A program made the translations under genes and the position numbers. A stretch of DNA of 64,000 nucleotides, from the NCBI GenBank assembly GCA_964016885.1, contig OZ024759.1:10974001-11038000 (forward strand), written 5' to 3'. A model generated the notes under the pieces. That model saw only the letters and a list, made by a program, of their open reading frames with translations. It was not told where the DNA came from and searched no databases. Origin of the DNA: Eledone cirrhosa. Lineage: Eukaryota. This document shows, piece after piece, positions 12,201 through 28,050 of this stretch (its first letter is position 1; each line of letters opens with the position of its first letter).

Positions 12201-15200
12201 GTACATGAGAGATGGGGAGAGATGGAGGTGATGACAGTGGTAGTTTGGTTCCTCTGTGTTTGGACCTGGTGTACGTGAGAGATGGGGAGAGATGGAGGTG
12301 ATGACAGTGGTAGTTTGGTTCCTCTGTGTTTGGACCTGGTGTACATGAGAGATGGGGAGAGATGGAGGTGATGACAGTGGTAGTTTGGTTCCTCTGTGTT
12401 TGGACCTGGTGTACATGAGAGATGGGGAGAGATGGAGGTGATGACAGTGGTAGTTTGGTTCCTCTGTGTTTGGACCTGGTGTACATGAGAGATGGGGAGA
12501 GATGGAGGTGATGACAGTGGTAGTTTGGTTCCTCTGTGTTTGGACCTGGTGTACGTGAGAGATGGGGAGAGATGGAGGTGATGACAGTGGTAGTTTGGTT
12601 CCTCTGTGTTTGGACCTGGTGTACATGAGAGATGGGGAGAGATGGAGGTGATGACAGTGGGAGTCTGGTTCCTCTGTGTTTGGACCTGGTGTACATGAGA
12701 GATGGGGAGAGATGGAGGTGATGACAGTGGTAGTTTGGTTCCTCTGTGTTTGGACCTGGTGTACATGAGGGATGGGGAGAGATGGAGGTGATGACAGTGG
12801 GAGTTTGGTTCCTCTGTGTTTGGACCTGGTGTACATGAGAGATGGGGAGAGATGGAGGTGATGACAGTGGTAGTTTGGTTCCTCTGTGTTTGGACCTGGT
12901 GTACATGAGAGATGGGGAGGGTGTGAGAGTTGGAGGTGATGACAGTGGTAGTTTGGTTCCTCTGTGTTTGGACCTGGTGTACGTGAGAGATGGGGAGGGC
13001 AGGAGAGATGGAGGTGATGACAGTGGTAGTTTGGTTCCTCTGTGTTTGGACCTGGTGTACATGAGAGATGGGGAGAGATGGAGGTGATGACAGTGGGAGT
13101 CTGGTTCCTCTGTGTTTGGACCTGGTGTACATGAGAGATGGGGAGAGATGGAGGTGATGACAGTGGTAGTTTGGTTCCTCTGTGTTTGGACCTGGTGTAC
13201 ATGAGGGATGGGGAGAGATGGAGGTGATGACAGTGGGAGTTTGGTTCCTCTGTGTTTGGACCTGGTGTACATGAGAGATGGGGAGAGATGGAGGTGATGA
13301 CAGTGGTAGTTTGGTTCCTCTGTGTTTGGACCTGGTGTACATGAGAGATGGGGAGAGATGGAGGTGATGACAGTGGTAGTTTGGTTCCTCTGTGTTTGGA
13401 CCTGGTGTACATGAGAGATGGGGAGGGCAGGAGAGATGGAGGTGATGACAGTGGGAGTTTGGTTCCTCTGTGTTTGGATCTGGTGTACATGAGAGATGGG
13501 GAGGGCAGGAGAGATGGAGGTGATGACAGTGGGAGTTTGGTTCCTCTGTGTTTGGACCTGGTGTACATGAGAGATGGGGAGGGCAGGAGAGATGGAGGTG
13601 ATGACAGTGGGAGTTTGGTTCCTCTGTGTTTGGACCTGGTGTACATGAGAGATGGGGAGAGATGGAGGTGATGACAGTGGTAGTTTGGGTCCTCTGTGTT
13701 TGGACCTGGTGTACATGAGAGATGGGGAGGGCAGGAGAGATGGAGGTGATGACAGTGGGAGTTTGGTTCCTCTGTGTTTGGACCTGGTGTACATGAGAGA
13801 TGGGGAGGGCAGGAGAGATGGAGGTGATGACAGTGGGAGTTTGGTTCCTCTGTGTTTGGACCTGGTGTACGTGAGAGATGGGGAGAGATGGAGGTGATGA
13901 CAGTGGTAGTTTGGTTCCTCTGTGTTTGGACCTGGTGTACATGAGAGATGGGGAGGGCAGGAGAGATGGAGGTGATGACAGTGGGAGTTTGGTTCCTCTG
14001 TGTTTGGACCTGGTGTACATGAGAGATGGGGAGGGCAGGAGAGATGGAGGTGATGACAGTGGGAGTTTGGTTCCTCTGAGTTTGGACCTGGTGTACGTGA
14101 GAGATGGGGAGAGATGGAGGTGATGACAGTGGTAGTTTGGTTCCTCTGTGTTTGGACCTGGTGTACATGAGAGATGGGGAGAGATGGAGGTGATGACAGT
14201 GGTAGTTTGGTTCCTCTGTGTTTGGATCTGGTGTACATGAGAGATGGGGAGAGATGGAGGTGATGACAGTGGTAGTTTGGTTCCTCTGTGTTTGGACCTG
14301 GTGTACATGAGAGATGGGGAGGGCAGGAGAGATGGAGGTGATGACAGTGGGAGTTTGGTTCCTCTGTGTTTGGACCTGGTGTACGTGAGAGATGGGGAGA
14401 GATGGAGGTGATGACAGTGGTAGTTTGGTTCCTCTGTGTTTGGACCTGGTGTACATGAGAGATGGGGAGAGATGGAGGTGATGACAGTGGTAGTTTGGTT
14501 CCTCTGTGTTTGGATCTGGTGTACATGAGAGATGGGGAGAGATGGAGGTGATGACAGTGGTAGTTTGGGTCCTCTGTGTTTGGACCTGGTGTACATGAGA
14601 GATGGGGAGAGATGGAGGTGATGACAGTGGTAGTTTGGGTCCTCTGTGTTTGGACCTGGTGTACGTGAGAGATGGGGAGAGATGGAGGTGATGACAGTGG
14701 TAGTTTGGTTCCTCTGTGTTTGGACCTGGTGTACATGAGAGATGGGGAGGGCAGGAGAGATGGAGGTGATGACAGTGGGAGTTTGGTTCCTCTGTGTTTG
14801 GACCTGGTGTACGTGAGAGATGGGGAGAGATGGAGGTGATGACAGTGGTAGTTTGGTTCCTCTGTGTTTGGACCTGGTGTACATGAGAGATGGGGAGAGA
14901 TGGAGGTGATGACAGTGGTAGTTTGGTTCCTCTGTGTTTGGACCTGGTGTACATGAGAGATGGGGAGGGCAGGAGAGATGGAGGTGATGACAGTGGGAGT
15001 TTGGTTCCTCTGTGTTTGGACCTGGTGTACGTGAGAGATGGGGAGAGATGGAGGTGATGACAGTGGTAGTTTGGTTCCTCTGTGTTTGGACCTGGTGTAC
15101 ATGAGAGATGGGGAGAGATGGAGGTGATGACAGTGGGAGTTTGGTGCCTCTGTGTTTGGACCTGGTGTACATGAGAGATGGGGAGGGCAGGAGAGATGGA

Positions 15201-18200
15201 GGTGATGACAGTGGGAGTTTGGTTCCTCTGTGTTTGGACCTGGTGTACATGAGAGATGGGGAGAGATGGAGGTGATGACAGTGGTAGTTTGGTTCCTCTG
15301 TGTTTGGACCTGGTGTACATGAGAGATGGGGAGGGCAGGAGAGATGGAGGTGATGACAGTGGGAGTTTGGTTCCTCTGTGTTTGGACCTGGTGTACATGA
15401 AAGATGGGGAGAGATGGAGGTGATGACAGTGGTAGTTTGGTTCCTCTGTGTTTGGACCTGGTGTACATGAGAGATGGGGAGGGCAGGAGAGATGGAGGTG
15501 ATGACAGTGGGAGTTTGGTTCCTCTGTGTTTGGACCTGGTGTACGTGAGAGATGGGGAGAGATGGAGGTGATGACAGTGGTAGTTTGGTTCCTCTGTGTT
15601 TGGACCTGGTGTACATGAGAGATGGGGAGAGATGGAGGTGATGACAGTGGTAGTTTGGTTCCTCTGTGTTTGGACCTGGTGTACATGAGAGATGGGGAGG
15701 GCAGGAGAGATGGAGGTGATGACAGTGGGAGTTTGGTTCCTCTGTGTTTGGACCTGGTGTACATGAGAGATGGGGAGAGATGGAGGTGATGACAGTGGTA
15801 GTTTGGTTCCTCTGTGTTTGGACCTGGTGTACATGAGAGATGGGGAGGACAGGAGAGATGGAGGTGATGACAGTGGGAGTTTGGTTCCTCTGTGTTTGGA
15901 CCTGGTGTACGTGAGAGATGGGGAGAGATGGAGGTGATGACAGTGGTAGTTTGGTTCCTCTGTGTTTGGACCTGGTGTACATGAGAGATGGGGAGAGATG
16001 GAGGTGATGACAGTGGTAGTTTGGTTCCTCTGTGTTTGGACCTGGTGTACATGAGAGATGGGGAGGGCAGGAGAGATGGAGGTGATGACAGTGGGAGTTT
16101 GGTTCCTCTGTGTTTGGACCTGGTGTACGTGAGAGATGGGGAGAGATGGAGGTGATGACAGTGGTAGTTTGGTTCCTCTGTGTTTGGACCTGGTGTACAT
16201 GAGAGATGGGGAGGGCAGGAGAGATGGAGGTGATGACAGTGGGAGTTTGGTTCCTCTGTGTTTGGACCTGGTGTACGTGAGAGATGGGGAGAGATGGAGG
16301 TGATGACAGTGGTAGTTTGGTTCCTCTGTGTTTGGACCTGGTGTACATGAGAGATGGGGAGAGATGGAGGTGATGACAGTGGTAGTTTGGTTCCTCTGTG
16401 TTTGGACCTGGTGTACATGAGAGATGGGGAGGGCAGGAGAGATGGAGGTGATGACAGTGGGAGTTTGGTTCCTCTGTGTTTGGACCTGGTGTACGTGAGA
16501 GATGGGGAGAGATGGAGGTGATGACAGTGGTAGTTTGGTTCCTCTGAGTTTGGACCTGGTGTACATGAGGGATGGGGAGAGATGGAGGTGATGACAGTGG
16601 GAGTTTGGTTCCTCTGTGTTTGGACCTGGTGTACATGAGAGATGGGGAGAGATGGAGGTGATGACAGTGGTAGTTTGGTTCCTCTGTGTTTGGACCTGGT
16701 GTACATGAGAGATGGGGAGAGATGGAGGTGATGACAGTGGTAGTTTGGTTCCTCTGTGTTTGGACCTGGTGTACATGAGAGATGGGGAGAGATGGAGGTG
16801 ATGACAGTGGTAGTTTGGTTCCTCTGTGTTTGGACCTGGTGTACATGAGAGATGGGGAGAGATGGAGGTGATGACAGTGGTAGTTTGGTTCCTCTGTGTT
16901 TGGACCTGGTGTACATGAGAGATGGGGAGGGCAGGAGAGATGGAGGTGATGACAGTGGGAGTTTGGTTCCTCTGTGTTTGGACCTGGTGTAAATGAGAGA
17001 TGGGGAGGGCAGGAGAGATGGAGGTGATGACAGTGGTAGTTTGGTTCCTCTGTGTTTGGACCTGGTGTACATGAGAGATGGGGAGGGCAGGAGAGATGGA
17101 GGTGATGACAGTGGTAGTTTGGTTCCTCTGTGTTTGGACCTGGTGTACATGAGAGATGGGGAGGGCAGGAGAGATGGAGGTGATGACAGTGGTAGTTTGG
17201 TTCCTCTGTGTTTGGACCTGGTGTACGTGAGAGATGGGGAGAGATGGAGGTGATGGCAGTGGTAGTTTGGTTCCTCTGTGTTTGGACCTGGTGTACGTGA
17301 GAGATGGGGAGAGATGGAGGTGATGACAGTGGTAGTTTGGTTCCTCTGTGTTTGGACCTGGTGTACATGAGAGATGGGGAGAGATGGAGGTGATGACGGT
17401 GGTAGTTTGGTTCCTCTGTGTTTGGACCTGGTGTACATGAGAGATGGGGAGGGCAGGAGAGATGGAGGTGATGACAGTGGGAGTTTGGTTCCTCTGTGTT
17501 TGGACCTGGTGTACATGAGAGATGGGGAGGGCAGGAGAGATGGAGGTGATGACAGTGGTAGTTTGGTTCCTCTGTGTTTGGACCTGGTGTACATGAGAGA
17601 TGGGGAGGGCAGGAGAGATGGAGGTGATGACAGTGGTAGTTTGGTTCCTCTGTGTTTGGACCTGGTGTACATGAGAGATGGGGAGGGTGTGAGAGTTGGA
17701 GGTGATGACAGTGGTAGTTTGGTTCCTCTGTGTTTGGACCTGGTGTACATGAGAGATGGGGAGGGTGTGAGAGTTGGAGGTGATGACAGTGGTAGTTTGG
17801 TTCCTCTGTGTTTGGACCTGGTGTACGTGAGGGATGGGGAGAGATGGAGGTGATGACAGTGGGAGTTTGGTTTCTCTGAGTTTGGATCTGGTGTACATGA
17901 GAGATGGGGAGAGATGGAGGTGATGACAGTGGTAGTTTGGTTCCTCTGAGTTTGGATCTGGTGTACATGAGAGATGGGGAGAGATGGAGGTGATGACAGT
18001 GGGAGTTTGGTTCCTCTGAGTTTGGATCTGGTGTACATGAGAGATGGGGAGAGATGGAGGTGATGACAGTGGGAGTTTGGTTCCTCTGAGTTTGGATCTG
18101 GTGTACATGAGAGATGGGGAGAGATGGAGGTGATGACAGTGGGAGTTTGGTTCCTCTGAGTTTGGATCTGGTGTACATGAGAGATGGGGAGAGATGGAGG

Positions 18201-18677
18201 TGATGACAGTGGGAGTTTGGTTCCTCTGAGTTTGGACCTGGTGTACATGAGAGATGGGGAGAGATGGAGGTGATGACAGTGGGAGTTTGGTTCCTCTGAG
18301 TTTGGATCTGGTGTACATGAGAGATGGGGAGAGATGGAGGTGATGACAGTGGGAGTTTGGTTCCTCTGAGTTTGGATCTGGTGTACATGAGAGATGGGGA
18401 GAGATGGAGGTGATGACAGTGGGAGTTTGGTTCCTCTGAGTTTGGATCTGGTGTACATGAGAGATGGGGAGAGATGGAGGTGATGACAGTGGGAGTTTGG
18501 TTCCTCTGTGTTTGGACCTGGTGTACATGAGAGATGGGGAGAGATGGAGGTGATGACAGTGGGAGTTTGGTTCCTCTGTGTTTGGATCTGGTGTACATGA
18601 GGGATGGGGGAGGGTGTGAGAGTTGGAGGTGATGACAGTGGTAGTTTGGTTCCTCTGTGTTTGGATCTGGTGTACAT
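9214..18677. repeat. 70/78-bp G-rich satellite, ~130 copies
   Basis: Unit gagatggaggtgatgacagtggtagtttggttcctctgtgtttggacctggtgtacatgagagatgggga, with or without an 8-bp insert (gggcagga/gggtgtga). Confidence 0.98.
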
Positions 18678-19689
18678 GTATGTGTGTGCTATTTGTGAAC
18701 ATAGAATTGTGCGAAGATAGTACTACACTGACTTTGATTGGTAGCCTATTGTTTACGCCAAGGAAGTACTCCAGCATGGCCTCAGTTCACTGACTGAAAC
18801 CAGTAAATGAATGAACAAGTAAACAAAAGACGTCACATTGGATAATGTATTCCTAGATAGCCGTGATGCTATGGGAATGTCTTTGATCAGAGATCTGATT
18901 GATAAAAGTTCACCTGGCTGCTTAACAAACAACAGAAGACTTGACTTGTGTTAAACTGTTTGGCCAGTACAGTTGTTTGTTGTGTATATGTGTGTGTGTG
19001 TAAATGAGTGTGTGAGTGTGTGTAAATGAGTGTGAATGTGTGTGTGTATAAACAAATATGTCTGTGTTTAAATGTGCTGTGTGTAATGTATTTAGACATG
19101 TATGTGTTTGTAACCAGGTGTGTAAGTAAGTAAGTTTGTGTGTATTAACATATATGTATATGTGTGCGTGTAAATGAGGTTGTGTGTATTAACATAGATA
19201 TGATGATGATGATGATCTGTGTAAACGTGTGTGTATGTGTGTAAATAAGTTTGTGTGTATGTAAACATATATGTATCTGTGTGCGTGTGTTTGTAAGTTT
19301 CACTCTGACCAGGTCACTGTAAGACTGCTGGTCACCCCAAATCTCCCTGAGTTGACCAACCTTCACTCAGGCCAGGTCACTGTCTATAGAGACAGCTGGT
19401 CACCTAGGGTCTCCCTCACCTGTCCAACCTTCACTCTGGCCAGGTAACAGTCTATAGAGGCAGTTACATAACTCTCAGGCTCCATAACTGATCTGTGTGT
19501 GTGTGTATGTGTGTGTCTATGTGTGTGTGTCCGTGTGTATGTGTGTGTGTCCGTGTGTGTGGGTGGGTGTCTGTGTGTGTGGAAGAGTGGCCCGGTCATA
19601 AACTGGGTTTTGGCCTTCCTTTACAAAATGTGATCACATTGCTGTCATAACCCCACTCACCTCTACAACATGTGATAACCTCAATACTC

Positions 19690-20181
19690 ACACCCTCTCT
19701 CCCCTACAACATGGGACCACCATACTGTTACTCCTTCTCTCCCCTACAACATGGTACCACCCTACTGTCACACAACCATACTGCTACTCCTTCTCTCCCC
19801 TACAACATGGTACCACCCTACTGTCACACAACCATACTGCTACCCCCTCTCTCCCCTACAACATGGTACCACCCTACTGTCACACTACTGTACTGCTACC
19901 CCCTCTCTCCCCTACAACATGGGACCACCCTGCTGCTACCCCCTCTCTCCCCTACAACATGGTACCACCCTACTGTCACACTACCATACTGCTACCCCCT
20001 CTCTCCCCTACAACATGGGACCACCCTACTGTCACATTACCATACTGCTACCCCCTCTCTCCCCTACAACATGGTACCACCCTACTGTCACACTACCACA
20101 CTGCTACCCCCTCTCTCCCCTACAACATGGGACCACCCTGCTGCTACCCCCTCTCTCCCCTACAACATGGGACCACCCTGC
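19690..20181. repeat. ~56/39-bp C-rich minisatellite
   Basis: Repeated ccctctctcccctacaacatgg(t/g)accaccct... Confidence 0.9.
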
Positions 20182-20244
20182 TTGCTATCAGAAATCCATT
20201 CCATCACCATCATCATCATAACCATCATTGTCGTTATTATTACA

Positions 20245-20550
20245 CCGAGGTTAACTTTGCCTTTCATCCTTACGGGGTTGATAGAACAAAGTACCAGTAA
20301 TGCACTGGGTAATTGCTGGCCTTGTGCCTATAGTAAAAACAATTATTGTTATAATAATAATAATTGTTTCTACTTTAGGCACAAGGCCAGCAATTACCCA
20401 GTGCATTACTGGTACTTTGTTTTATCGACCCCGTAAGGATGAAAGGCAAAGTTAACCTCGGTGGGATTTGAACTCAGAATGGCAAGGGCCGTAACTCTAT
20501 GCATCAAAGCATGGCGTCTGGCCCTCAAGACCAGCAATTACCCAGTGCAT
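20245..20550. mobile_element. Tail-to-tail inverted pair of Nin-like SINEs
   Basis: + partial copy 20245-20340 and - copy ~20365-20520, separated by a short AAT tract. Confidence 0.85.
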
Positions 20551-20777
20551 AATAATAATAATTATTATTATTATCCAGAAACTCAGTGGATTTTGTTGTT
20601 TATCTTGGATTTGACACTGTTTTACATGTCATTCTCCTACTTTCTTAACACCTGGATATATATAGTAGATGGTTAAGATTTAGTTTCATCTTATTTTATC
20701 TGATGAGGACGTGCTGTTGAAGTTACCATGACTGAATCTTAACCATCTATTATGTCAGGGTATGTCATGCATCATCT

Positions 20778-20844
20778 TATTTTATCTGATGAGGACGTAC
20801 TGTTGAAGTTAACTCAGTACCTCTGAAATATGTATAATAAAATA
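20778..20844 (+). ncRNA. Minimal type I hammerhead ribozyme in a putative Penelope-like pLTR (family A)
   Basis: tattttat-CTGATGA-ggacgtactg..cagtacctct-GAAA-tatgta-TA-ataaaata: 8-bp stem I, ~9-bp stem II, short stem III, AUA triplet. A partial tandem copy lies at 20686-20725. Confidence 0.78.
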
Positions 20845-20994
20845 TACTTGATCACAAGAATATCTATTTTGTTAATATTTTGAATTAATATTAATAACTC
20901 TGGAAAACCTTTTGCTGTTGAGTGCTTCCAATCTATTGTAAAACTTATTCTTTGATTTATTCATTGAACCTTGTTTAACTTTTATATATATATC

Positions 20995-21270
20995 ATCATC
21001 ATCATCATCATCATTTAACGTCCGTGTTCCACGCTTGCATAGGTTTGGACGGGAGTTTTCCCACTTGAGGCAAGAGTGATTGTCTTGCTCACATAGGACT
21101 GTCTGGCGGGATTTCTACAGCTGGATGCCCTTCCTAACACCAACCACATTTACAGTGTGGGGCTGGGAGGTTTTTACCGTGTTGCCTACACGGCCACATT
21201 ACAGCGTGGACTGTGTTTTTTTGTCGTGACCCCTACACGATCTCATTTGTTTCGGCCAGGATGTTGTATT
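20995..21270 (-). mobile_element. Meta-domain-like SINE with (GAT)n tail
   Basis: Minus strand GTGTTAGGAAGGGCATCCAGCTGTAGAAA...GGACGTTAAATGATGATGAT. Related copies at 35860-36170, 60770-60965 and 61800-62236. Confidence 0.75.
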
Positions 21271-21595
21271 TTTGTTTATGCTTGTTAAATTATGCCCAAC
21301 ATAACCTTAACTTCTCGCTAACTAGCCAACCTTAATTCTGTCGTATTTTCAAAACAAAACAAATCCTTCTTATATATTCCTTTTAAATATATTTTGTTAT
21401 GCTGGCTAAATTTTTACGCCAAATTTCGAGTGCTTTATTTAAACTCTTAACCCCTGCTCCCTCCTGTCTTCTCCTTCCCCCATACATCATGCTGGTTCGC
21501 GGCCAACCCTCCCCTCCTCTCTATACATATAAGATAAACCCTACCAAATACAAAAAAAATCAGAATCGCCAAACCCCTGTTCTATATATATATAT

Positions 21596-21762
21596 ATCAG
21601 TGATGCATCTGGACTCAGTTTATTGTGTGCTACAATTGTTTCGCCGGCAGATAGCTTGAGACACGATCATTGTATAGATCTGTCTGACTCTAGCTGTCTC
21701 AAGCTATCTGCCGGCGAAACAATTGTAGCACACAATAAACTGAGTCCAGATGCATCACTGAT
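21596..21762. repeat. Perfect inverted repeat, 68-bp arms, 31-nt loop
   Basis: 21596-21663 is the reverse complement of 21695-21762. Confidence 0.95.
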
Positions 21763-21854
21763 TTTACGTTTTATATTATATCACACTCTGCTCTTTAAGA
21801 ACATAGAGTGCTCAACTGGCATACCGCCTATGGAAGCATCATAGCTACCATTAA

Positions 21855-21916
<62 letters not shown>

Positions 21917-22036
21917 GTATGTAAAATGTGAACAGAAATAACAACACAGTCGGTACAGTATATGGAAGGTATATATTAGGTTAACGCTTGATATAGCAGG
22001 AAGAGGGTCTTAACGTTTCGGACACTAGTCCTTCAT

Positions 22037-22725
22037 CACTCAGCAAGACCTTTGTCAGCCGCTCTCCAGATATCTATTTAAGGCTGTATACAGCTATGGT
22101 GCGACCAGACTTAGAATTTGCATCACCAGTCTGGAACCCCTATCTTGCTCAGGACATTGACCGCCTGGAAACTGTTCAGAGACGTGCAACCAAGCGAATA
22201 CCCTCCATCAGGCATCTACCATACTCTGAGCACCTTGCTTCCCTGGGCATGGATTCATTGAAGCTCCGACGCCTGGCAACTGACTTGGTAAACACCCACA
22301 AGATTGTTAACCATGTTGCCAACAACAACCCTGAGTACCTTTTTGATTTCCATGTATCTAACACACGTGGACATGCCTACAAAGTCAGAAAACAGTATAG
22401 TTCTCATGACTTTCGGAAACATTTTTTTCACGCTCAGAGTTGCTGAAGCATGGAACAAACTACCTGCATCAGTTGTTAGCTGTCGAGACACTGCATCCTT
22501 TAAAACCTCCATGGAACAAACTACCTGCATCAGTTGTTAGCTGTCGAGACACTGCATCCTTTAAGGCCTCCATGCTTCCCGAGATCCGCCAACACTACAG
22601 CTAACACATACACACATGTACTTCCCTGACATTTGTGTATTATTCTATGTACTATATTGACGAGTTGTAGTGCACCTGAGCACTTTACACAATAATTTCA
22701 TTATTATTATTATTATTATTATTCA
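22037..22725 (+). mobile_element. 5'-truncated CR1/L2-type LINE 3' end with (ATT)n tail
   Basis: VRPDLEFASPVWNPYLAQDIDRLETVQRRATKRIP...LRRL..DL...TRGHAYKV..HFF/LRVAEAWNKLP, a frameshifted ORF2 C-terminus, followed by (ATT)n. Confidence 0.92.
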
Positions 22726-22933
22726 TTAGAAGAAAGAATGAGAAATAAAATAGATTAAGTGGATGGGTGGGGTGGAATTGGAAAAAAATGTCTTTAGATA
22801 AAAATAACAGGTCCATTCATGTTGACATCTCTTATATATATATATAATGTGTATGTATGTGTCTATATACATATATATGTGTGTCTATATGTGTATGTAT
22901 GTATGTCTATATACATATGTGTGTGTCTATATA

Positions 22934-22986
<53 letters not shown>

Positions 22987-23051
22987 ATGTCTATATAGAT
23001 ATATATGTGTCTATATATCTATAAGTGTGTCTATATATCTATATATGTGTC

Positions 23052-23090
<39 letters not shown>

Positions 23091-23322
23091 CTATATATAT
23101 GTGTGTGTCTATATATATATATATGTGTGTCTTTATATATGTGTGTGTGTCTATATATATATATATATGTGTCTATATATATATGTGTGTGTCTATATAT
23201 ATATGTGTGTCTATATATACATATGTGTGTGTCTATATATATATATATACACGTGTGTGTCTATATATATATATATACACGTGTGTGTCTATATATGTGT
23301 GTATGTCTATATATATATATAT

Positions 23323-23538
23323 ATAACGAAGGAAATGTGGTAAGGAACCAGGTGGACCATAACGCACCAAAGTACTCAATACTTGAGGTAGTAGAGTGGG
23401 TAATAGGAACCAGTAAGACCCCGACAGCTGAGCTCAAGCCGTTTCGACGGCTAATTCTGGTCCAGAATTTAGTCCAGAATTTAGTCCAGAATTAGCCGTC
23501 GAAACGGCTTGAGCTCAGCTGTCGGGGTCTTACTGGTT

Positions 23539-23543
<5 letters not shown>
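23323..23543. mobile_element. Putative Penelope-like pLTR (family B) with a ~60-bp-arm palindrome
   Basis: ataggaaccagtaagaccccgacagctgagctcaagccgtttcgacggctaattctgg ... ccagaattagccgtcgaaacggcttgagctcagctgtcggggtcttactggttcctat, flanked by (TA)n. Confidence 0.7.
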
Positions 23544-23572
<29 letters not shown>

Positions 23573-23862
23573 TGTATGTCTATATATGTGTGTATGTCTA
23601 TATATATATGTATGTGTGTGTATGTCTATATATATGTGTGTATGTCTATATATATTTATGTGTGTATATATATATATATAATATATAAGAACAAAAGATG
23701 GTTAAATGAGTTCCATGTATTTTATTATGCGCATTTCAAAAACAAATATCATCATGTAATAACATTTGTGTTTTCATCAGATAAAACAGGAGGACATGAT
23801 ATGAAGGTTAAAAAACACTTGTGGATAGTGCAGTTTTAAATCAACATATATATATATATATA

Positions 23863-24037
23863 GTTTCTACTTTTGGCACAAGGCCAGCGATTACCCCAGT
23901 GCACCACTGGTACTTAATTTTATCGACCTCGTAAGGATGAAAGGCAAAGTTAACCTCGACGGGATTTGAACTCAGAACGCAAAGGGACATAACTACGCTG
24001 CAAAATATGGCGTCTGACGCTCTACCGATACTGCCAA
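23863..24037 (-). mobile_element. Nin-like tRNA SINE
   Basis: Reverse complement of the 2617 family. Confidence 0.85.
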
Positions 24038-24047
24038 ACCACTGCCC

Positions 24048-26182
<2,135 letters not shown>

Positions 26183-26227
26183 TAAAATACAAATATTAAT
26201 AAAATAGATGTTCTTTTGATCAATTAA

Positions 26228-26280
26228 ATTTTATTATACATATTTCAGAGGTACAGCAGTACATCCTCATCAGACAAAAT
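26228..26280 (-). ncRNA. Minimal type I hammerhead ribozyme (family A, homolog of 20778)
   Basis: Minus strand: attttgt-CTGATGA-ggatgtac tgct gtacctct-GAAA-tatgta-TA-ataaaat. It lies in an inverted duplication (26218-26255 / 26310-26347). Confidence 0.78.
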
Positions 26281-26466
26281 ATAATGATACATGACATACC
26301 CTGAGATGTTGTACCTCTGAAATATGTATAATAAAATTTAATTGATCAATTTTATTAATATTTATATTTTAATATTAATAACTCTGGAAAATTATTTTAC
26401 TGTAGAGTGCTTCCAATCTACTGTAAAACTCATTCTTTGATATACTCATTGAATCTTGTTTAACTC

Positions 26467-26521
<55 letters not shown>

Positions 26522-26877
26522 TACATGTCTATATATATATATATATGTCTGAAGCTCATTAGAAAATACACCCAACAATCAATACAGCATAACAGATATG
26601 TCGTAGTTGATGTGTGTGTGTAAGTATGTTTGTGTGTGTTTATGTCTGTGTGTGTGTGTGTGTGTGTATGTCTGTGTGTGTGTCTGCGTGTGTGTCTGTG
26701 TATATGTGTGTGTCTATATATGTATGTGTCAGTGTAGATGTCACTGTGTATATGTAACATCTACCTCTCCATGTCTCTAACCCAACAACACAACATGTCA
26801 TATTTGATGTTAAATAAGATTATACTTTTCCAGCTATTAGCCGCACCTTTACACAAGAAAATATATTTTAATATTAA

Positions 26878-27637
26878 CCCTTTAATGTTCAAACCGGCCA
26901 AAAACCGGCCAGAATTCTCTACTCCTTTCTGTTGAAACTGGCTGTAACTGGCCACTCATACTGATGTTAAGGTATTGTTCTCAAAATAAATACTTTCAAA
27001 ATCTCATAGAATCGATATTATGTAAGGTAAAGTCTTTACTGTGAAAATGTAATAGTATATATAGAGTAATGTGAATGTTATGTGAGGTAAAGCCTTTACT
27101 GTGAAAATACAATAGTATATATAGAGTAATGTAAATGTTATGTGAGGTAAAGCCTTTACTGTGACAATACAATAGTATATATAGAGTAATGTAAATGTTA
27201 TGTGAGATATTATGTGAGGTAAAGCCTTTACTGTGAAAATACAATAGTATATATAGAGTAATGTAAATGTTATGTGAGATATTATGTGAGGTAAAGACTT
27301 TACAGTGAAAATAAAATAGTATATATAGAGTAATGTAAATGTTATGTGAGATATTATGTGAGGTAAAGCCTTTACTGTGAAAATACAATAGTATATATAG
27401 AGTAATGTAAATGTTATGTGAGATATTATGTGAGGTAAAGTCTTTACTGTAAAAATACAATAGTTTATATAGAGTAATGTGAATGTTATGTGAGATATTA
27501 TGTGAGGTAAAGTCTTTACCATGAAAATACAATAGTATATATAGAGTAATGTAAATGTTATGTGAGATATTATGTGAGGTAAAGCCTTTACTGTGAAAAT
27601 ACAATAGTATATATAGAGTAATGTGAATATTAAAGGG
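26878..27637. mobile_element. piggyBac-like MITE with internal 60/72-bp tandem expansion
   Basis: TTAA|CCCTTTAATGTTCA ... TGAATATTAAAGGG|TTAA (14-bp TIR, 1 mismatch, TTAA TSD). Internal array ~27018-27625. Confidence 0.88.
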
Positions 27638-27743
27638 TTAAATCTCTAACTTTTCTCCACTCCTCTTCATTATATATAACTTTCTATATAACTGTGCACC
27701 ATATAATTCTCTATATAACCCTAACCCTAACCCTATATAGCAG

Positions 27744-28050
27744 CCAATTGGCAGAGTTGTTACAACATCAGATAGAATACTTTATGGTATCTGTTCCACC
27801 TCTCTACTCTCTGAGTTCAAATCCCACTGAGGTCTACTTTGCCTTTCATCCATTGAAGGTCAATAAACAAAGTACCAGTCTAGTACTGGGGTTGATTCTT
27901 CCTCTATATCTCTTTCTCATTTCCTCTCTCTCACTTTCTTTCTCTGGAAGAAATCTGCTGTAGTCCGGCCTGGAGAGGGATGGGCTCCAACCAGGCTTAA
28001 AATGCCCAAGAAACGCTGTATGTCAATACAGTGCCCCTACAACTATATCA
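27744..28050 (+). mobile_element. Diverged SINE; oppositely oriented homolog at ~30830-31120
   Basis: B-box GAGTTCAAATCC, Nin-like core, shared tail gtactggggttgattcttcctctatatctctttct...ctggaagaaatctgctgtagtc. Confidence 0.7.

Noticed and set aside
9115-18777. Three >3100-aa ORFs as protein-coding genes
   Set aside because: They are translations of a 70/78-bp satellite, open in all frames, with no frame preference or unique domain.
27716-27733. (TAACCC)3 telomere-like repeat
   Set aside because: Only three units, within a region with scattered ataaccct motifs; insufficient for an interstitial telomere call.
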